Shown here: piece after piece, positions 25,888 through 35,390 of the stretch
How the letters are laid out: each line of letters begins with the position of its first letter
How positions within the stretch are numbered: the stretch's first letter is position 1
Assembly (NCBI GenBank): GCA_036381615.1
Contig: DASVCL010000078.1
Coordinates: 5,860 to 69,859 of the forward strand
Length of the DNA: 64,000 nt
Direction: 5' to 3'
Origin: Alphaproteobacteria bacterium
GTDB lineage: Bacteria > Pseudomonadota > Alphaproteobacteria > CACIAM-22H2
Position numbers and translations under genes: made by a program
Notes under the pieces: generated by a model
The model's input: the letters and a program-made list of their open reading frames with translations, nothing else
Databases searched by the model: none
What the model was told of the DNA's origin: nothing

Positions 25888-27577
25888 AGAGCGAGACGTC
25901 ATCGTCATCGGGTCGGGCGCGGGCGGGATGGCGGCCGCCTTCGTCGCGGCAAACGAAGGCCTCGATGCGCTCGTCATAGAAAAGGAGCCGGTTTACGGCG
26001 GCTCGACTGCCGTTTCGGGCGGGGCGATCTGGATCCCCAACAATTCACAGATGGCGGCGCTCGGCATTGCCGACAGCACCGAAGCCGCACTCGAGTATCT
26101 GGAGCACACCGCCGGCAACCGAACCAGCCGCGAAATGAAGCTCACCTACCTCGACAATGCTCCCCGCATGGCGGAGTATTTCGAGCGGCACTCCGACCTC
26201 AAGTTGGTCGCCCGCGAGCATTCGCCGGACTATCACCCCGACCTGCCCGGCGCGCGGCTCGGCGGCCGAACGATGGACCCCGCCGATTTCGACGGTCGCC
26301 TTCTCGGCGCGGAGTTCGAACGGCTTCGCCCGCCGCTTCCGCAGTTCACGATCCTCGGCGGCATGATGGTCGGGCGCACCGACATCCCGCATCTGATGCG
26401 GTTCACGAAGTCGTTGACCTCGTTCGGCTACGTGCTGCGCCTCGTGCTTCGATATGCTGCCGATCGGCTGCGATACTCGCGCGGCACGCGGCTGGTTCTA
26501 GGCAATGCGCTGGCCGCTCGCCTGCGCTTGAGCCTCATGCGCAAGAACGTCCCCGTCTGGCTGTCCACGCCGGCGGAAGATCTGGTTACCGAGAACGGTC
26601 GCGTCGTTGGCGTCCACGTTCGAAGGAACGGGCGTCGGTTGGCGCTGAAGGCAAGGCGCGGCGTTGTGCTCGCGTCCGGCGGCTTTCCGGCCAATGCCGA
26701 CATGCGTCGGAACCTTCTGCCCCCGGAAAGCGAGGCGGTCTACTCCATGCCGCCGTCCGGTAATGTCGGCGACGGCATCCGCCTCGGCGAAGCGGTCGGC
26801 GGGTCCCTGGGCGCGCAGAATGCCCACAACGCGTTCTGGACGCCGGTGTCGATCATGCGTCTGCCGGATGGCAACGTGCGACGCTTTCCCCACCTTATCA
26901 CCGACCGGGCCAAGCCCGGCCTCATCGCGGTGAACGGCGCCGCGCGGCGTTTCGTCAACGAAGCCTGCTCGTATCACGATTTCGTCGTCGCGATGCTCGA
27001 GTCGCACAAGACTGTGCCCTCGATCCCCGCCTACCTGATCTGCGATGCGGAATTCCTGCGGCGCTACGGCTTCGGCATGATCCGGCCGACGCGGCGGCCT
27101 GCCAGAATCTATTTCGAAACCGGCTATCTGGTTTCAGGTCCCGACATCGCCACACTCGGCCGGCAGCTCGGCCTCGATCCCAATGCGCTTGCCGAAACCG
27201 TGGAACGCTACAACGCGCTGGCGCGGTCCGGCAGCGACACGGACTTCGGGAAAGGGAGCACTGCCTACAACCGCTATCTCGGCGATCCCGAAAACAAGCC
27301 CAATCCTTGCCTTCGCCCGCTCGAGGCACCACCGTTTTATGCCGTCAAGGTCTACCCCGGCGACATCGGAACGAGTTGCGGCCTTCTCACCGACACCTGG
27401 GCTCGAGTCCTGGGGAAGGATGGTGCGCCGGTTCCGGGCCTCTACGCCGTCGGCAACGACATGAACTCGGTCATGGGCGGAAACTATCCGGGAGCCGGCA
27501 TCACACTGGGCCCCGCCCTTACGTTTGGCTATCTCGCCGGATTGCACCTTGCCGGAAAGGCCGGCGCCGCCGCGTAG
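25862..27577 (+). CDS. FAD-dependent oxidoreductase, 3-ketosteroid-delta1-dehydrogenase / flavocytochrome fumarate-reductase-like (FAD_binding_2)
   Basis: DVIVIGSGAGGMAAAFVAA...GGSTAVSGGAIW N-terminus; C-terminal GLYAVGNDMNSVMGGNYPGAGITLGPALTFG. GTG start at 25862 overlaps the gntR 3' end by 26 nt. Confidence 0.85.
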   Translation: MQATPQWDEERDVIVIGSGAGGMAAAFVAANEGLDALVIEKEPVYGGSTAVSGGAIWIPNNSQMAALGIADSTEAALEYLEHTAGNRTSREMKLTYLDNAPRMAEYFERHSDLKLVAREHSPDYHPDLPGARLGGRTMDPADFDGRLLGAEFERLRPPLPQFTILGGMMVGRTDIPHLMRFTKSLTSFGYVLRLVLRYAADRLRYSRGTRLVLGNALAARLRLSLMRKNVPVWLSTPAEDLVTENGRVVGVHVRRNGRRLALKARRGVVLASGGFPANADMRRNLLPPESEAVYSMPPSGNVGDGIRLGEAVGGSLGAQNAHNAFWTPVSIMRLPDGNVRRFPHLITDRAKPGLIAVNGAARRFVNEACSYHDFVVAMLESHKTVPSIPAYLICDAEFLRRYGFGMIRPTRRPARIYFETGYLVSGPDIATLGRQLGLDPNALAETVERYNALARSGSDTDFGKGSTAYNRYLGDPENKPNPCLRPLEAPPFYAVKVYPGDIGTSCGLLTDTWARVLGKDGAPVPGLYAVGNDMNSVMGGNYPGAGITLGPALTFGYLAGLHLAGKAGAAA

Positions 27578-27601
27578 CCGCGCGGCGGCGCGATCCACAA
27601 A

Positions 27602-28219
27602 TCACTTCGTGTCGGCTGGCATGCTCGCCTGCATGGACGGCCGCTTGACGAAGCTTGCGTACCATTCGGCTGCCTTCGGGCGGCCCGCCCGCCAATCCTT
27701 GCTGCCAAACCGGAAATCGAGATAGCCGAGCGCGCAGCCGATCGTAATCGTCCCAATGTCGACGCGCGTACCGAATCCGGCCGCTTCCGCTTCGATCGCA
27801 TCGAGGCTGGAGTCGATCTTTGCCATCTGGCCATCGGCCCAAGGTTGCCAGAAGCGGTCCGACGGGCGCACGACGCTCTCGTAGCGGGCGAGCAAGGCTG
27901 CATCCAGCAGACCATCACCGAGTGCCTGGAGCTGAAGCGCCTTCCAGCGGGCGGCGCCGCTTGCCGGAAAAATCCGCGGGCCGCTGTGAAGAGAATCAAG
28001 GTACTCGCAGATGACCCGGCTGTCGTACAGGACCATTCCATCGTCCAGGATGAACGTCGGCACCTTGCCGAGCGGATTCTTCGCAACGATGGACATGTCG
28101 CGATTGACGGGATGGGCTGCACTCGGCAACCGCTCGATGCGGGCGTCGAGACCCGTCTCGATTGCCGTGACGATAACCTTCCGGACATAAGGAGAAGCCG
28201 GCGAGAAAAAGAGCTTCAT
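27602..28219 (-). CDS. Glutathione S-transferase
   Basis: MKLFFSPASPYVRKV...NPLGKVPTFILDDGMVLYDSRVICEYL. Start re-picked (track start 28348 is over-extended). Confidence 0.88.
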   Translation of the reverse strand: MKLFFSPASPYVRKVIVTAIETGLDARIERLPSAAHPVNRDMSIVAKNPLGKVPTFILDDGMVLYDSRVICEYLDSLHSGPRIFPASGAARWKALQLQALGDGLLDAALLARYESVVRPSDRFWQPWADGQMAKIDSSLDAIEAEAAGFGTRVDIGTITIGCALGYLDFRFGSKDWRAGRPKAAEWYASFVKRPSMQASMPADTK

Positions 28220-28529
28220 GCTGTTTCTGACCTCCGAACAGAGGAAGGCGATGCGCTCGCACCGGACATATCCCAGCGAAGTTGGAGCCGCAAGCGCCGA
28301 TCGCGCGAACCGGCGGCGACGAGACCGCCGACGACCATTCGTGCGCATGTAATGGCTGCGACTGCCGCGTCGGACGCGGCAGATGATGCGTCGAAGGCCG
28401 ATCCGCCGGTGTGCGTGGATTCGACGATCACATCTCCGCCGGCTCGACGTCTGGACGGAAAGCTGACACGCGCATGGAACGATCGTTGCCGGATACTATT
28501 GAACATGCGGAATCCCAGCGAGATGTCGC

Positions 28530-28742
28530 ATGCCGACGCAACGCACACGCAAGACCGGCCCGCGCAACCGATCGGTCGAAACGCCGCCCCGGCGTAGCGG
28601 CCGCGAGCACACGTCGGGAATCGACACGGTCGAGGACCGACAGGGGCCACGCAATTCCAACATCGACACGCCGCAGCAGAAATACGACGACCGCCGTGAG
28701 CCGGACCCGCGCGTCAACGACCCGACGGTCGAGCGGCATTAG
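28530..28742 (+). CDS. Hypothetical small, highly hydrophilic, probably disordered protein (70 aa); uncertain
   Basis: Only frame in the 634-bp GST/GGT gap with a coding-like GC pattern by hand count (GC3 > GC1 > GC2). No recognisable family and a weak SD. Confidence 0.25.
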   Translation: MPTQRTRKTGPRNRSVETPPRRSGREHTSGIDTVEDRQGPRNSNIDTPQQKYDDRREPDPRVNDPTVERH

Positions 28743-28853
28743 AACCGCGATATCGCCGCGCGCCATGCCGTCCCGACCGCCGGTTGCGGGACCCGCACGC
28801 GCGGACCTATAGTCACGGGTCTGCAATTCCGCGAAATCCCGCGAGGCTCCGCA

Positions 28854-30704
28854 ATGGCCGTTCCTCCGCCCGCTCCGTTCACGACCCGCCCCGAAATCGC
28901 CGGCACCTTCGGCGTCGTCACTTCCACCCACTGGCTCGCCTCTCAGGTCGGCATGATGGTGCTCGAGAAGGGCGGCAACGCGTTCGATGCCGCGGTCGCG
29001 GCCGGGTTCATGCTGCAGGTCGTGGAGCCGCACATGAACGGCATCGGCGGCGACGCGGTGATACTGATCCGGCCGAAGGGCGCGGACCTCCCCATCGTCG
29101 TCTGCGGCCAAGGGGTGGCGCCGGCCGGCGCCACCATCGCGCATTACCGGCGCGAGGGGCTCGAACTCGTGCCCGGCACCGGGCTGCTCGCCGCCGTCGT
29201 CCCCGGCGCGTTCGATGCATGGATGCACATCCTGCGCGACTACGGCACGATGACGCTGGCCGAGGTGATGATGCCGGCGATCAGCTACGCGCGGAACGGC
29301 TATCCGCTGATCGCCGGCGTCACCAACGCGATCGCCGGCGTGGCCGAGCTGTTCCTGAAGGAATGGCCGACCTCGGCCGCCGTCTACATGCCGGACGGCA
29401 AGGTGCCCGCGCCCGGCACATTGTTCACGAACCGCGCCCTCGCCGACACCTACGCGCGGATCCTCAAGGAGGCGAGCGCCGCCGGCGCCGACCGCGAACG
29501 CCAGATCGAGGCGGCGCGCGCCGCCTTCTACAAGGGCTTCGTCGCCGAGGAGATCGAGAAATTCGTCACCCGGACGGAAGTGATGGACGCCTCCGGCCAG
29601 CGCCACCGGGGCGTGCTCACCGCCGCCGACCTCGCCGCGTGGCAGGCAAGCTACGAGGCGCCCGTGACCTACGACTATCGCGGCTACACCGTGTGCAAGG
29701 CGGGTCCGTGGAGCCAGGGTCCGGTGCTCCTGCAGCTGCTTGCGCTCCTCAAGGGCTTCGATCTTGCCGCGCTCGACACGGTCGGCCCCGACTTCATCCA
29801 TCTGCTGGTCGAGGCGAAGAAGCTCGCCTACGCCGATCGCGATGCGTGGTACGGCGACCCGAACGCCGTCGACGTGCCGCTCGCGACGTTGCTGTCCGAC
29901 GCCTACAACGACGCGCGCCGCAAGTTGATCGGCGACACCGCCTCGCGCGAGCTGCGCCCCGGCAGCCCGGACGGTCGCACGCCGAAGATGCCGGCGTTCA
30001 AGGTCGGCGCGGCCGCTGTCGCCGCCGGCGTCGGCGAGCCCGCGCGCGTCGAGCAGGAATCCTACGACCGCAGCGGCGGTGCCGCCGCGCTTGCCGGCAG
30101 CCGTGCCGCCCGCGGACCGGCCGAGGGCGACACCTGCCACCTCGACGTCATCGACAGCGAAGGAAACATGGTCGCGGCGACGCCGTCGGGCGGCTGGCTG
30201 CAGAGCTCGCCGGTCATTCCCGCGCTCGGCTTCTGCCTCGGCACGCGCGCGCAGATGTTCTGGCTGCAGGAAGGTCTCCCCACGAGCCTCGCGCCGGGCC
30301 GCCGCCCGCGCACGACGTTGACGCCCGCGATGGCGCTGAAGGACGGCAAGCCCTATCTCGCCTTCGGCTCGCCCGGCGGCGACAACCAGGATCAGTGGAT
30401 CGCGCAGTTCTTCCTACGCCACGTCGAGCATCGGCTGAATCTTCAGGCGGCCATCGATGCCCCGATGCTGCAGAGCGAGCACTGGCCGAATTCGTTCTAT
30501 CCGCGCCAGGCCTTCCCCGCGAAGGTCGTCCTGGAGGGCCGCTTCCCCAAGGCGACGATCGACGAGCTCAGGCGCCGCGATCACACGGTCGAGGTGACCG
30601 GCGACTGGCAGCTCGGGCGCAACTGCGCCGCATCGACTGACGGCAAACTGCTCAAGGCGGCCGCCACCCCGCGCCTGCAGCAGGCCTACGCCGTCGGGCG
30701 GTGA
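28854..30704 (+). CDS. Gamma-glutamyltransferase family protein (Ntn hydrolase), no obvious signal peptide
   Basis: 616 aa with GGNAFDAAVAAGF, MNGIGGD and a candidate nucleophile region GDTCHLDVIDSEGNMVAATPSGG. Confidence 0.88.
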   Translation: MAVPPPAPFTTRPEIAGTFGVVTSTHWLASQVGMMVLEKGGNAFDAAVAAGFMLQVVEPHMNGIGGDAVILIRPKGADLPIVVCGQGVAPAGATIAHYRREGLELVPGTGLLAAVVPGAFDAWMHILRDYGTMTLAEVMMPAISYARNGYPLIAGVTNAIAGVAELFLKEWPTSAAVYMPDGKVPAPGTLFTNRALADTYARILKEASAAGADRERQIEAARAAFYKGFVAEEIEKFVTRTEVMDASGQRHRGVLTAADLAAWQASYEAPVTYDYRGYTVCKAGPWSQGPVLLQLLALLKGFDLAALDTVGPDFIHLLVEAKKLAYADRDAWYGDPNAVDVPLATLLSDAYNDARRKLIGDTASRELRPGSPDGRTPKMPAFKVGAAAVAAGVGEPARVEQESYDRSGGAAALAGSRAARGPAEGDTCHLDVIDSEGNMVAATPSGGWLQSSPVIPALGFCLGTRAQMFWLQEGLPTSLAPGRRPRTTLTPAMALKDGKPYLAFGSPGGDNQDQWIAQFFLRHVEHRLNLQAAIDAPMLQSEHWPNSFYPRQAFPAKVVLEGRFPKATIDELRRRDHTVEVTGDWQLGRNCAASTDGKLLKAAATPRLQQAYAVGR

Positions 30705-30751
30705 CGTCGGTCATACCGCTTCGAATTTGCCGGATCGCGACTCGTCGTTCC

Positions 30752-30802
30752 CCCTCCCCCCTGAGGTCACTTGACGTCAGCCTCTTCCCGCCGGGGAGAG
30801 GG
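30752..30802. repeat. REP-like GC-rich inverted repeat (CCCTCCCCCC ... GGGGAGAGGG) enclosing a TGACGTCA palindrome
   Basis: Read directly in the convergent GGT/VOC intergenic region. The arm motif is the same as in the hairpins at 55036-55109. Confidence 0.5.
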
Positions 30803-30858
30803 CGGCGTCGATTGACATCGCTGCCCTGTCCCGCCGATGCGGCCGATGTGGCGGCCTT

Positions 30859-31236
30859 CTATTCCGACCGGCCGCAATAGGCCTCGAGCCGATAGCCGTC
30901 GGGATCGACGACAAAGGCTGCGTAGTAGTTCGCGCCGTAATCCGTCCGCAGTCCCGGCTTGCCGTTGTCGCGGCCGCCGGCGCGGAGTGCGGCGGCATGA
31001 AACGCATCCACCGCGGCACGGCTCGGCGCGGCGAAGCAGATGTGCAGGCCGGACCGGTCGTCCGGCGGGACCGGGTGCTGGGTCGCGCCGATCCACAGGG
31101 CCGCGCTGTCGCGACCATACCCGAGTGAATCCGGACTTGCGCTGAGGCAGCGGTAGCCGAGCGGGGCGAGCGCCGCGTCATAGAACCGTTGTGCCGCGGC
31201 AATGTCGCGGACGCCGATGGAAACGTGGTCGATCAT
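30859..31236 (-). CDS. VOC (glyoxalase/bleomycin-resistance/dioxygenase) family protein
   Basis: MIDHVSIGVRDIAAAQRFYDAAL...YAAFVVDPDGYRLEAY. Start re-picked at 31236. Confidence 0.85.
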   Translation of the reverse strand: MIDHVSIGVRDIAAAQRFYDAALAPLGYRCLSASPDSLGYGRDSAALWIGATQHPVPPDDRSGLHICFAAPSRAAVDAFHAAALRAGGRDNGKPGLRTDYGANYYAAFVVDPDGYRLEAYCGRSE

Positions 31237-31287
31237 CCCTGCCCTCCTCTCCGTTCGGCGGCACGGCCGATCGATGCCACTCCGCTT

Positions 31288-31309
31288 TATAACCATCATG
31301 ATGGTTATA
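31288..31309. promoter_or_regulatory. Perfect 22-bp palindrome TATAACCATCATGATGGTTATA
   Basis: Read directly and verified base by base. Lies in the 124-bp divergent region between the VOC and CGNR zinc-finger genes. Confidence 0.5.
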
Positions 31310-31360
31310 TCGGTATTTGGTGGGCGTTCCCTTGTCAACCCCCATCCAGGTTAGTATCTG

Positions 31361-31993
31361 ATGACTATGGTGACTTCCGCGCCTACCGGGCCGGTGGCCT
31401 TTCCGGCCGCGCGCACCGATCTGTGCCTCGCCTATGCCAACACGCTGTATTGGCGCGGGCGCGAACCGCAGACCGAAACCCTTCACACGCTGGACGACAT
31501 CGCGAACTGGTCCGTGGCCGAGGCGGGCCTCGATGCGGATCTCGTCGAAGCGTTTCGCGCCGGGTGGGCCGCGCGGCCGGGCAAGACCAAGGCCGCGTTC
31601 GACGAGGCCATCGCGCTGCGCGAGACCATCTATCGGATCTTCAGCGCCATGGCCTCGGGCGCGACGCCGGCACCCGCGGACCTTGCCCGGCTCAACCGCG
31701 AACTGGCGCAAGCGCCGGCCCGAACCCAATTGCGACGGACCGGCGACGGCTATGCGTGGGAAGTCGGCAAGCTCAGGCCGACGGTTCCGACGTTACTGGC
31801 GCCGGTGCTGTGGTCGGCGGGCGACCTTCTCGTCCGGCCGGAGCGCCGCAAAGTGCGCCTGTGCGCCAACGAGAAATGCCTGTGGCTGTTCCTCGACGAC
31901 AGCAAGAGCGGGACGCGCCGCTGGTGCGCGATGAGCGACTGCGGCAACCGCGCCAAGGCGCATCGCCACTACATCCGCCAGAAACAGGGATGA
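31361..31993 (+). CDS. CGNR zinc-finger (ABATE-domain) protein, putative nucleic-acid-binding regulator
   Basis: C-terminal RLCANEKCLWLFLDDSKSGTRRWCAMSDCGNRAKAHRHY is the CGNR zinc-finger signature. Confidence 0.85.
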   Translation: MTMVTSAPTGPVAFPAARTDLCLAYANTLYWRGREPQTETLHTLDDIANWSVAEAGLDADLVEAFRAGWAARPGKTKAAFDEAIALRETIYRIFSAMASGATPAPADLARLNRELAQAPARTQLRRTGDGYAWEVGKLRPTVPTLLAPVLWSAGDLLVRPERRKVRLCANEKCLWLFLDDSKSGTRRWCAMSDCGNRAKAHRHYIRQKQG

Positions 31994-32095
31994 CGTGCGC
32001 GCGCAGAACCCGTTCGGGTGCCTGGGGCCGCCGGATGGCCGTTCTTGGCCGGCCCACGTACAATTGCTTGGATGTCGCTGATCACGGAGGAAAGA

Positions 32096-32638
32096 ATGCG
32101 CGTCAAGAGATGGCGTTTTGCCACGCTCATGCTGTCGGCCCTGACCACGGCGATGGGGTTCTGCCACCTGATGGAGCTGCCGGCCCGCATGAGCTGGGAT
32201 CAATCGCTCTGGGTCAGCAGCACCGTGATCGGCGGGCTCTACCGGATGTTCGGCACGCTCGGAGCCGTGATCGTCGTCGCCAACATCATCGCCGCGATCG
32301 TTCTCGCGGTCCTGGTCCGTCGGCGCGGCCCGGAGGTGTTCTGGCTGACGGCGGTCGGCGCGGCGCTCTTCGTCCTTGCGCTCGCCTCGTGGTGGATCTT
32401 CGTGTTCCCGGTGAATCTCGAACTCGCCACGTGGCTGTCGGGCGACGTTCCGGCCGACTGGGCCGCATGGCGCGCGCAATGGGAGTACGCGCACGCCATA
32501 AACGCCGTGCTCCAGATCGTCGGCCTCGCTGCGCTGGTGCTCTCGGTGCTTGCCGAGACTCCGGCCGATCGCGTGCCTCGGGCCGAACCTCAGGCCGCCA
32601 CGCGGGACGAACCGTCCCTCTCCCGTTCGCCGCGTTAG
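32096..32638 (+). CDS. DUF1772 (anthrone-oxygenase-like) membrane protein
   Basis: 4 TM segments; motifs FCHLMELPARM and VFPVNLEL. ATG at 32096 follows GGAGGAAAGA. Confidence 0.65.
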   Translation: MRVKRWRFATLMLSALTTAMGFCHLMELPARMSWDQSLWVSSTVIGGLYRMFGTLGAVIVVANIIAAIVLAVLVRRRGPEVFWLTAVGAALFVLALASWWIFVFPVNLELATWLSGDVPADWAAWRAQWEYAHAINAVLQIVGLAALVLSVLAETPADRVPRAEPQAATRDEPSLSRSPR

Positions 32639-32824
32639 GGCTGTGCAGCGGCGCCCTTTTCGCCCTGCGCGCGTTGAATGGGCATCGACCCGCAAGATCG
32701 GAGGGCCCCATGGTCAAATCGATGAGCTGGAAGGAGCTCGAGGAGACGGCCGGCACCCGGCGCAAGCACCTGCTCCGCCGCGCCACGAAACGGCGCGGTG
32801 GCTCCGGTCGTCGTCGCGCCTGAG

Positions 32825-33457
32825 ATGGATCCCCTCGCGACCGGCGCGCTCGGGCTCGGTGCGGCGTGGGCGAGCGGCATCAACGTCTATGCCGTCGTGC
32901 TGACGCTCGGCCTGCTCGACATGGCCGGTTGGATCGACCTGCCGCCGCAGCTTGCGCCGCTCGCCTCGCCGTTCGTCCTGTCGGTTGCCGGCTTCATGTA
33001 TCTGGCGGAGTTCGTCGCCGACAAGATCCCCGGCGTCGATCACCTGTGGGATGCCGTTCACACCTTCATCCGCATCCCGGCAGGCGCGATCCTGGCGGCG
33101 GCCTCGATTGGCGCCGTCGATCCGGAGCTCGCGATCGCCGCCGCCATCGCCGGCGGCACGCTCGCCGCGGGAACGCATTTCACGAAAGCCAGCACGCGCG
33201 CGGCGGTCAATCTGTCGCCGGAGCCCTTCTCGACCTGGGTGGCCTCGCTGTTCGAGGATGCGGCGGCGGTGGGCGGCACCGTACTGGCGATCGTCTACCC
33301 GATCGCGTTCCTGGTCGCGCTTGCGGTCTTCGTCGCGCTGGCGATCTGGCTACTGCCGAAGCTGATCCGCTTCGCCGCCCGCGTGCTGATCCGCATCGTC
33401 CGCTGGTTCCGCGGCGAGCTGCATCCCTCGCCGCCGGACCCGGCCAGCCCGCCTTAG
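32825..33457 (+). CDS. DUF4126 family membrane protein
   Basis: MDPLATGALGLGAAWASG...AEFVADKIPGVDHLWDAVHTFIRIPAGAILAA, as I recall the DUF4126 pattern. Confidence 0.65.
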   Translation: MDPLATGALGLGAAWASGINVYAVVLTLGLLDMAGWIDLPPQLAPLASPFVLSVAGFMYLAEFVADKIPGVDHLWDAVHTFIRIPAGAILAAASIGAVDPELAIAAAIAGGTLAAGTHFTKASTRAAVNLSPEPFSTWVASLFEDAAAVGGTVLAIVYPIAFLVALAVFVALAIWLLPKLIRFAARVLIRIVRWFRGELHPSPPDPASPP

Positions 33458-33479
33458 GCGGCGCCGGGCGCGGGCGCGA

Positions 33480-34082
33480 TCACCCGCCCTTCGCCTTGTG
33501 GAGCGGCGGCACCACCGACACGCTGATCCGCTTGCGGTCCGCCTCCGGCGCGGTCAGCGGCACGCATTCGCGCAAGGTTCCGAGACAGCGTCGCGTCAGT
33601 TCCTGGTACTCGCGCGTCGCCTGGCTTTTCCATGCGATCTCCTGCGGCGTCAGCTCGCGCATGATCTTGCCGGGGATACCCGCGATCAGCGTACGCGGCG
33701 GCACCTGGAACGCCGCCTTGACGAAGCACATGGAGGCGACGAACGCCTCCTCGCCCACGACCGCGTTCTCCATCAGCACGGCGTGCATGCCGACGAGCGC
33801 GTTGCGCTTGACGGTGCAGCCGTGAAGGATTGCGCCGTGGCCGATATGCGCGTCTTCCTCGATGACCGTGTCGGTATCGGGAAAGCCGTGGACGATGCAG
33901 TTGTCCTGCAGGTTGCCGCCCGCCTTCATGATCAGGCGTCCGAAATCCCCGCGCATCGACGCCCCCGGCCCGATATAGCAGCCGGGGCCGATGATCACGT
34001 CACCGATGATGGAGGCCGTCGGATGAACGAAGCTCGTCGGATCGACGACGGGCCTGATCCCGTCGATTTCATAGAACGGCAT
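33480..34082 (-). CDS. paaY: Phenylacetic acid degradation protein PaaY (gamma-carbonic-anhydrase-like hexapeptide-repeat thioesterase)
   Basis: MPFYEIDGIRPVVDPTSFVHPTASIIGDVIIGPGCYIGPGASMRGDFGRL... Left-handed beta-helix repeats, with a PaaY-type C-terminal extension. Confidence 0.8.
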   Translation of the reverse strand: MPFYEIDGIRPVVDPTSFVHPTASIIGDVIIGPGCYIGPGASMRGDFGRLIMKAGGNLQDNCIVHGFPDTDTVIEEDAHIGHGAILHGCTVKRNALVGMHAVLMENAVVGEEAFVASMCFVKAAFQVPPRTLIAGIPGKIMRELTPQEIAWKSQATREYQELTRRCLGTLRECVPLTAPEADRKRISVSVVPPLHKAKGG

Positions 34083-34179
34083 TGCTGGTTTCCCTTGCGT
34101 ATCGCGTCCCGGACGCAAGCGTACACTCGCTTATACGCAAGGCAGATGGCAAGCGGCCGCAGCGAAGGCGGAAGCATAT

Positions 34180-34779
34180 TCATCCCGTCATCGTCGGCCA
34201 CAACGTCGCGGCCAGCAGGACGCCCATCGCGATGTTGAACCATTTCAGCCGAACGGGGTTGGACAGGAATTCCCGGAGGACCACGCCGAAACCGGCCCAG
34301 ACCAGCACGCTCGGCAGGTTGACCAGCGCAAAGGCAACGGAGATCAGGACCGCTGACAGGAACGGCGCGTCGGGGCTGGCGTAAACCGCCATCGCCGTCA
34401 CCGCCACCGCCCAGGCCTTCGGATTGATCCACTGGAACGCGGCCGACTCGAGGAACGTCAACGGCCGCCCTTCGATCTCGCCCTTCTTGCTCAGCGAGCG
34501 CGACATGGTGATGCGCCAGGCGAGATAGAGGAGATAAGCGCCACCGGCAATCTTGAGGACGGTGTGCAGCGCCGGATAGGCCGCCAGCGTGGCGCCGAGA
34601 CCGAGGCCGACGGCAAGCAGCAGCGCTTTGAAGCCCATCGTGATGCCGAGCACCTGCGGGATCGTGCGCACGAGGCCGAAATTCGCACCGGAGGCGAGCA
34701 GCATGAAATTGCTCGGCCCCGGCGTGATCGAGGTCACGAAGGCATACACGCACAGCGCAAGGACTGTTTCGTAAGGCAT
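34180..34779 (-). CDS. LysE/RhtB family amino-acid exporter
   Basis: 199 aa, N-terminal ITPGPSNFMLLASGANFG motif, 5-6 TM segments. Confidence 0.85.
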   Translation of the reverse strand: MPYETVLALCVYAFVTSITPGPSNFMLLASGANFGLVRTIPQVLGITMGFKALLLAVGLGLGATLAAYPALHTVLKIAGGAYLLYLAWRITMSRSLSKKGEIEGRPLTFLESAAFQWINPKAWAVAVTAMAVYASPDAPFLSAVLISVAFALVNLPSVLVWAGFGVVLREFLSNPVRLKWFNIAMGVLLAATLWPTMTG

Positions 34780-34968
34780 GGTGGTGCTGCTCTCGCCGCA
34801 GATCGTTCCTCATGAAGCGACGAGAGGTCTTGTACGCTCGGGCACGGGCGCGCTTGGGGTACGGAATCCGGACCGCTGCAGGGCCGGTGCGCCGGCCCGG
34901 TTCCGGGACGACTGAAGCGAAATGGCTTATCCCGCTACGCCGGCATCCGGGCGACGCCGGTCTGGCGC

Positions 34969-35298
34969 TCACTGGCCGCCGCGCGGCCCGAAGACGATGA
35001 TCATGGCACCGACGACACAGATCACCGCGCCGATGGCGTCCCAGCGGTCAGGACGGGAGCCTTCGACCGCCCACATCCAGATCAGCGACGCCAGGATATA
35101 GATGCCGCCGTAGGCCGCGTAGGCGCGCCCGGCGAAGCCGGCGTCGATGCAGGTCAGCGCCCAGGCGAACAGGGCGAGGCTGGCCATGCCCGGCACCAGC
35201 CAAAGTGGAGACTTGTCCAGGCGCTGCCACGCCCAGAAGGCAAAGCAACCGCCGATCTCGGCGAACGCGGCAAGGATATAGGTCGGGATGGTCCACAT
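34969..35298 (-). CDS. YnfA (UPF0060) family small membrane protein
   Basis: [27 protein letters not shown]...[17 protein letters not shown]. Confidence 0.8.
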   Translation of the reverse strand: MWTIPTYILAAFAEIGGCFAFWAWQRLDKSPLWLVPGMASLALFAWALTCIDAGFAGRAYAAYGGIYILASLIWMWAVEGSRPDRWDAIGAVICVVGAMIIVFGPRGGQ

Positions 35299-35390
35299 GA
35301 AGGCTCCCCCATCGTCACCCTGATCCAAGGTGATGCTGAACCTCATCAACCCAGGATATGCTGGCTACCGGAAGGAAAGGGATAAGCCGT

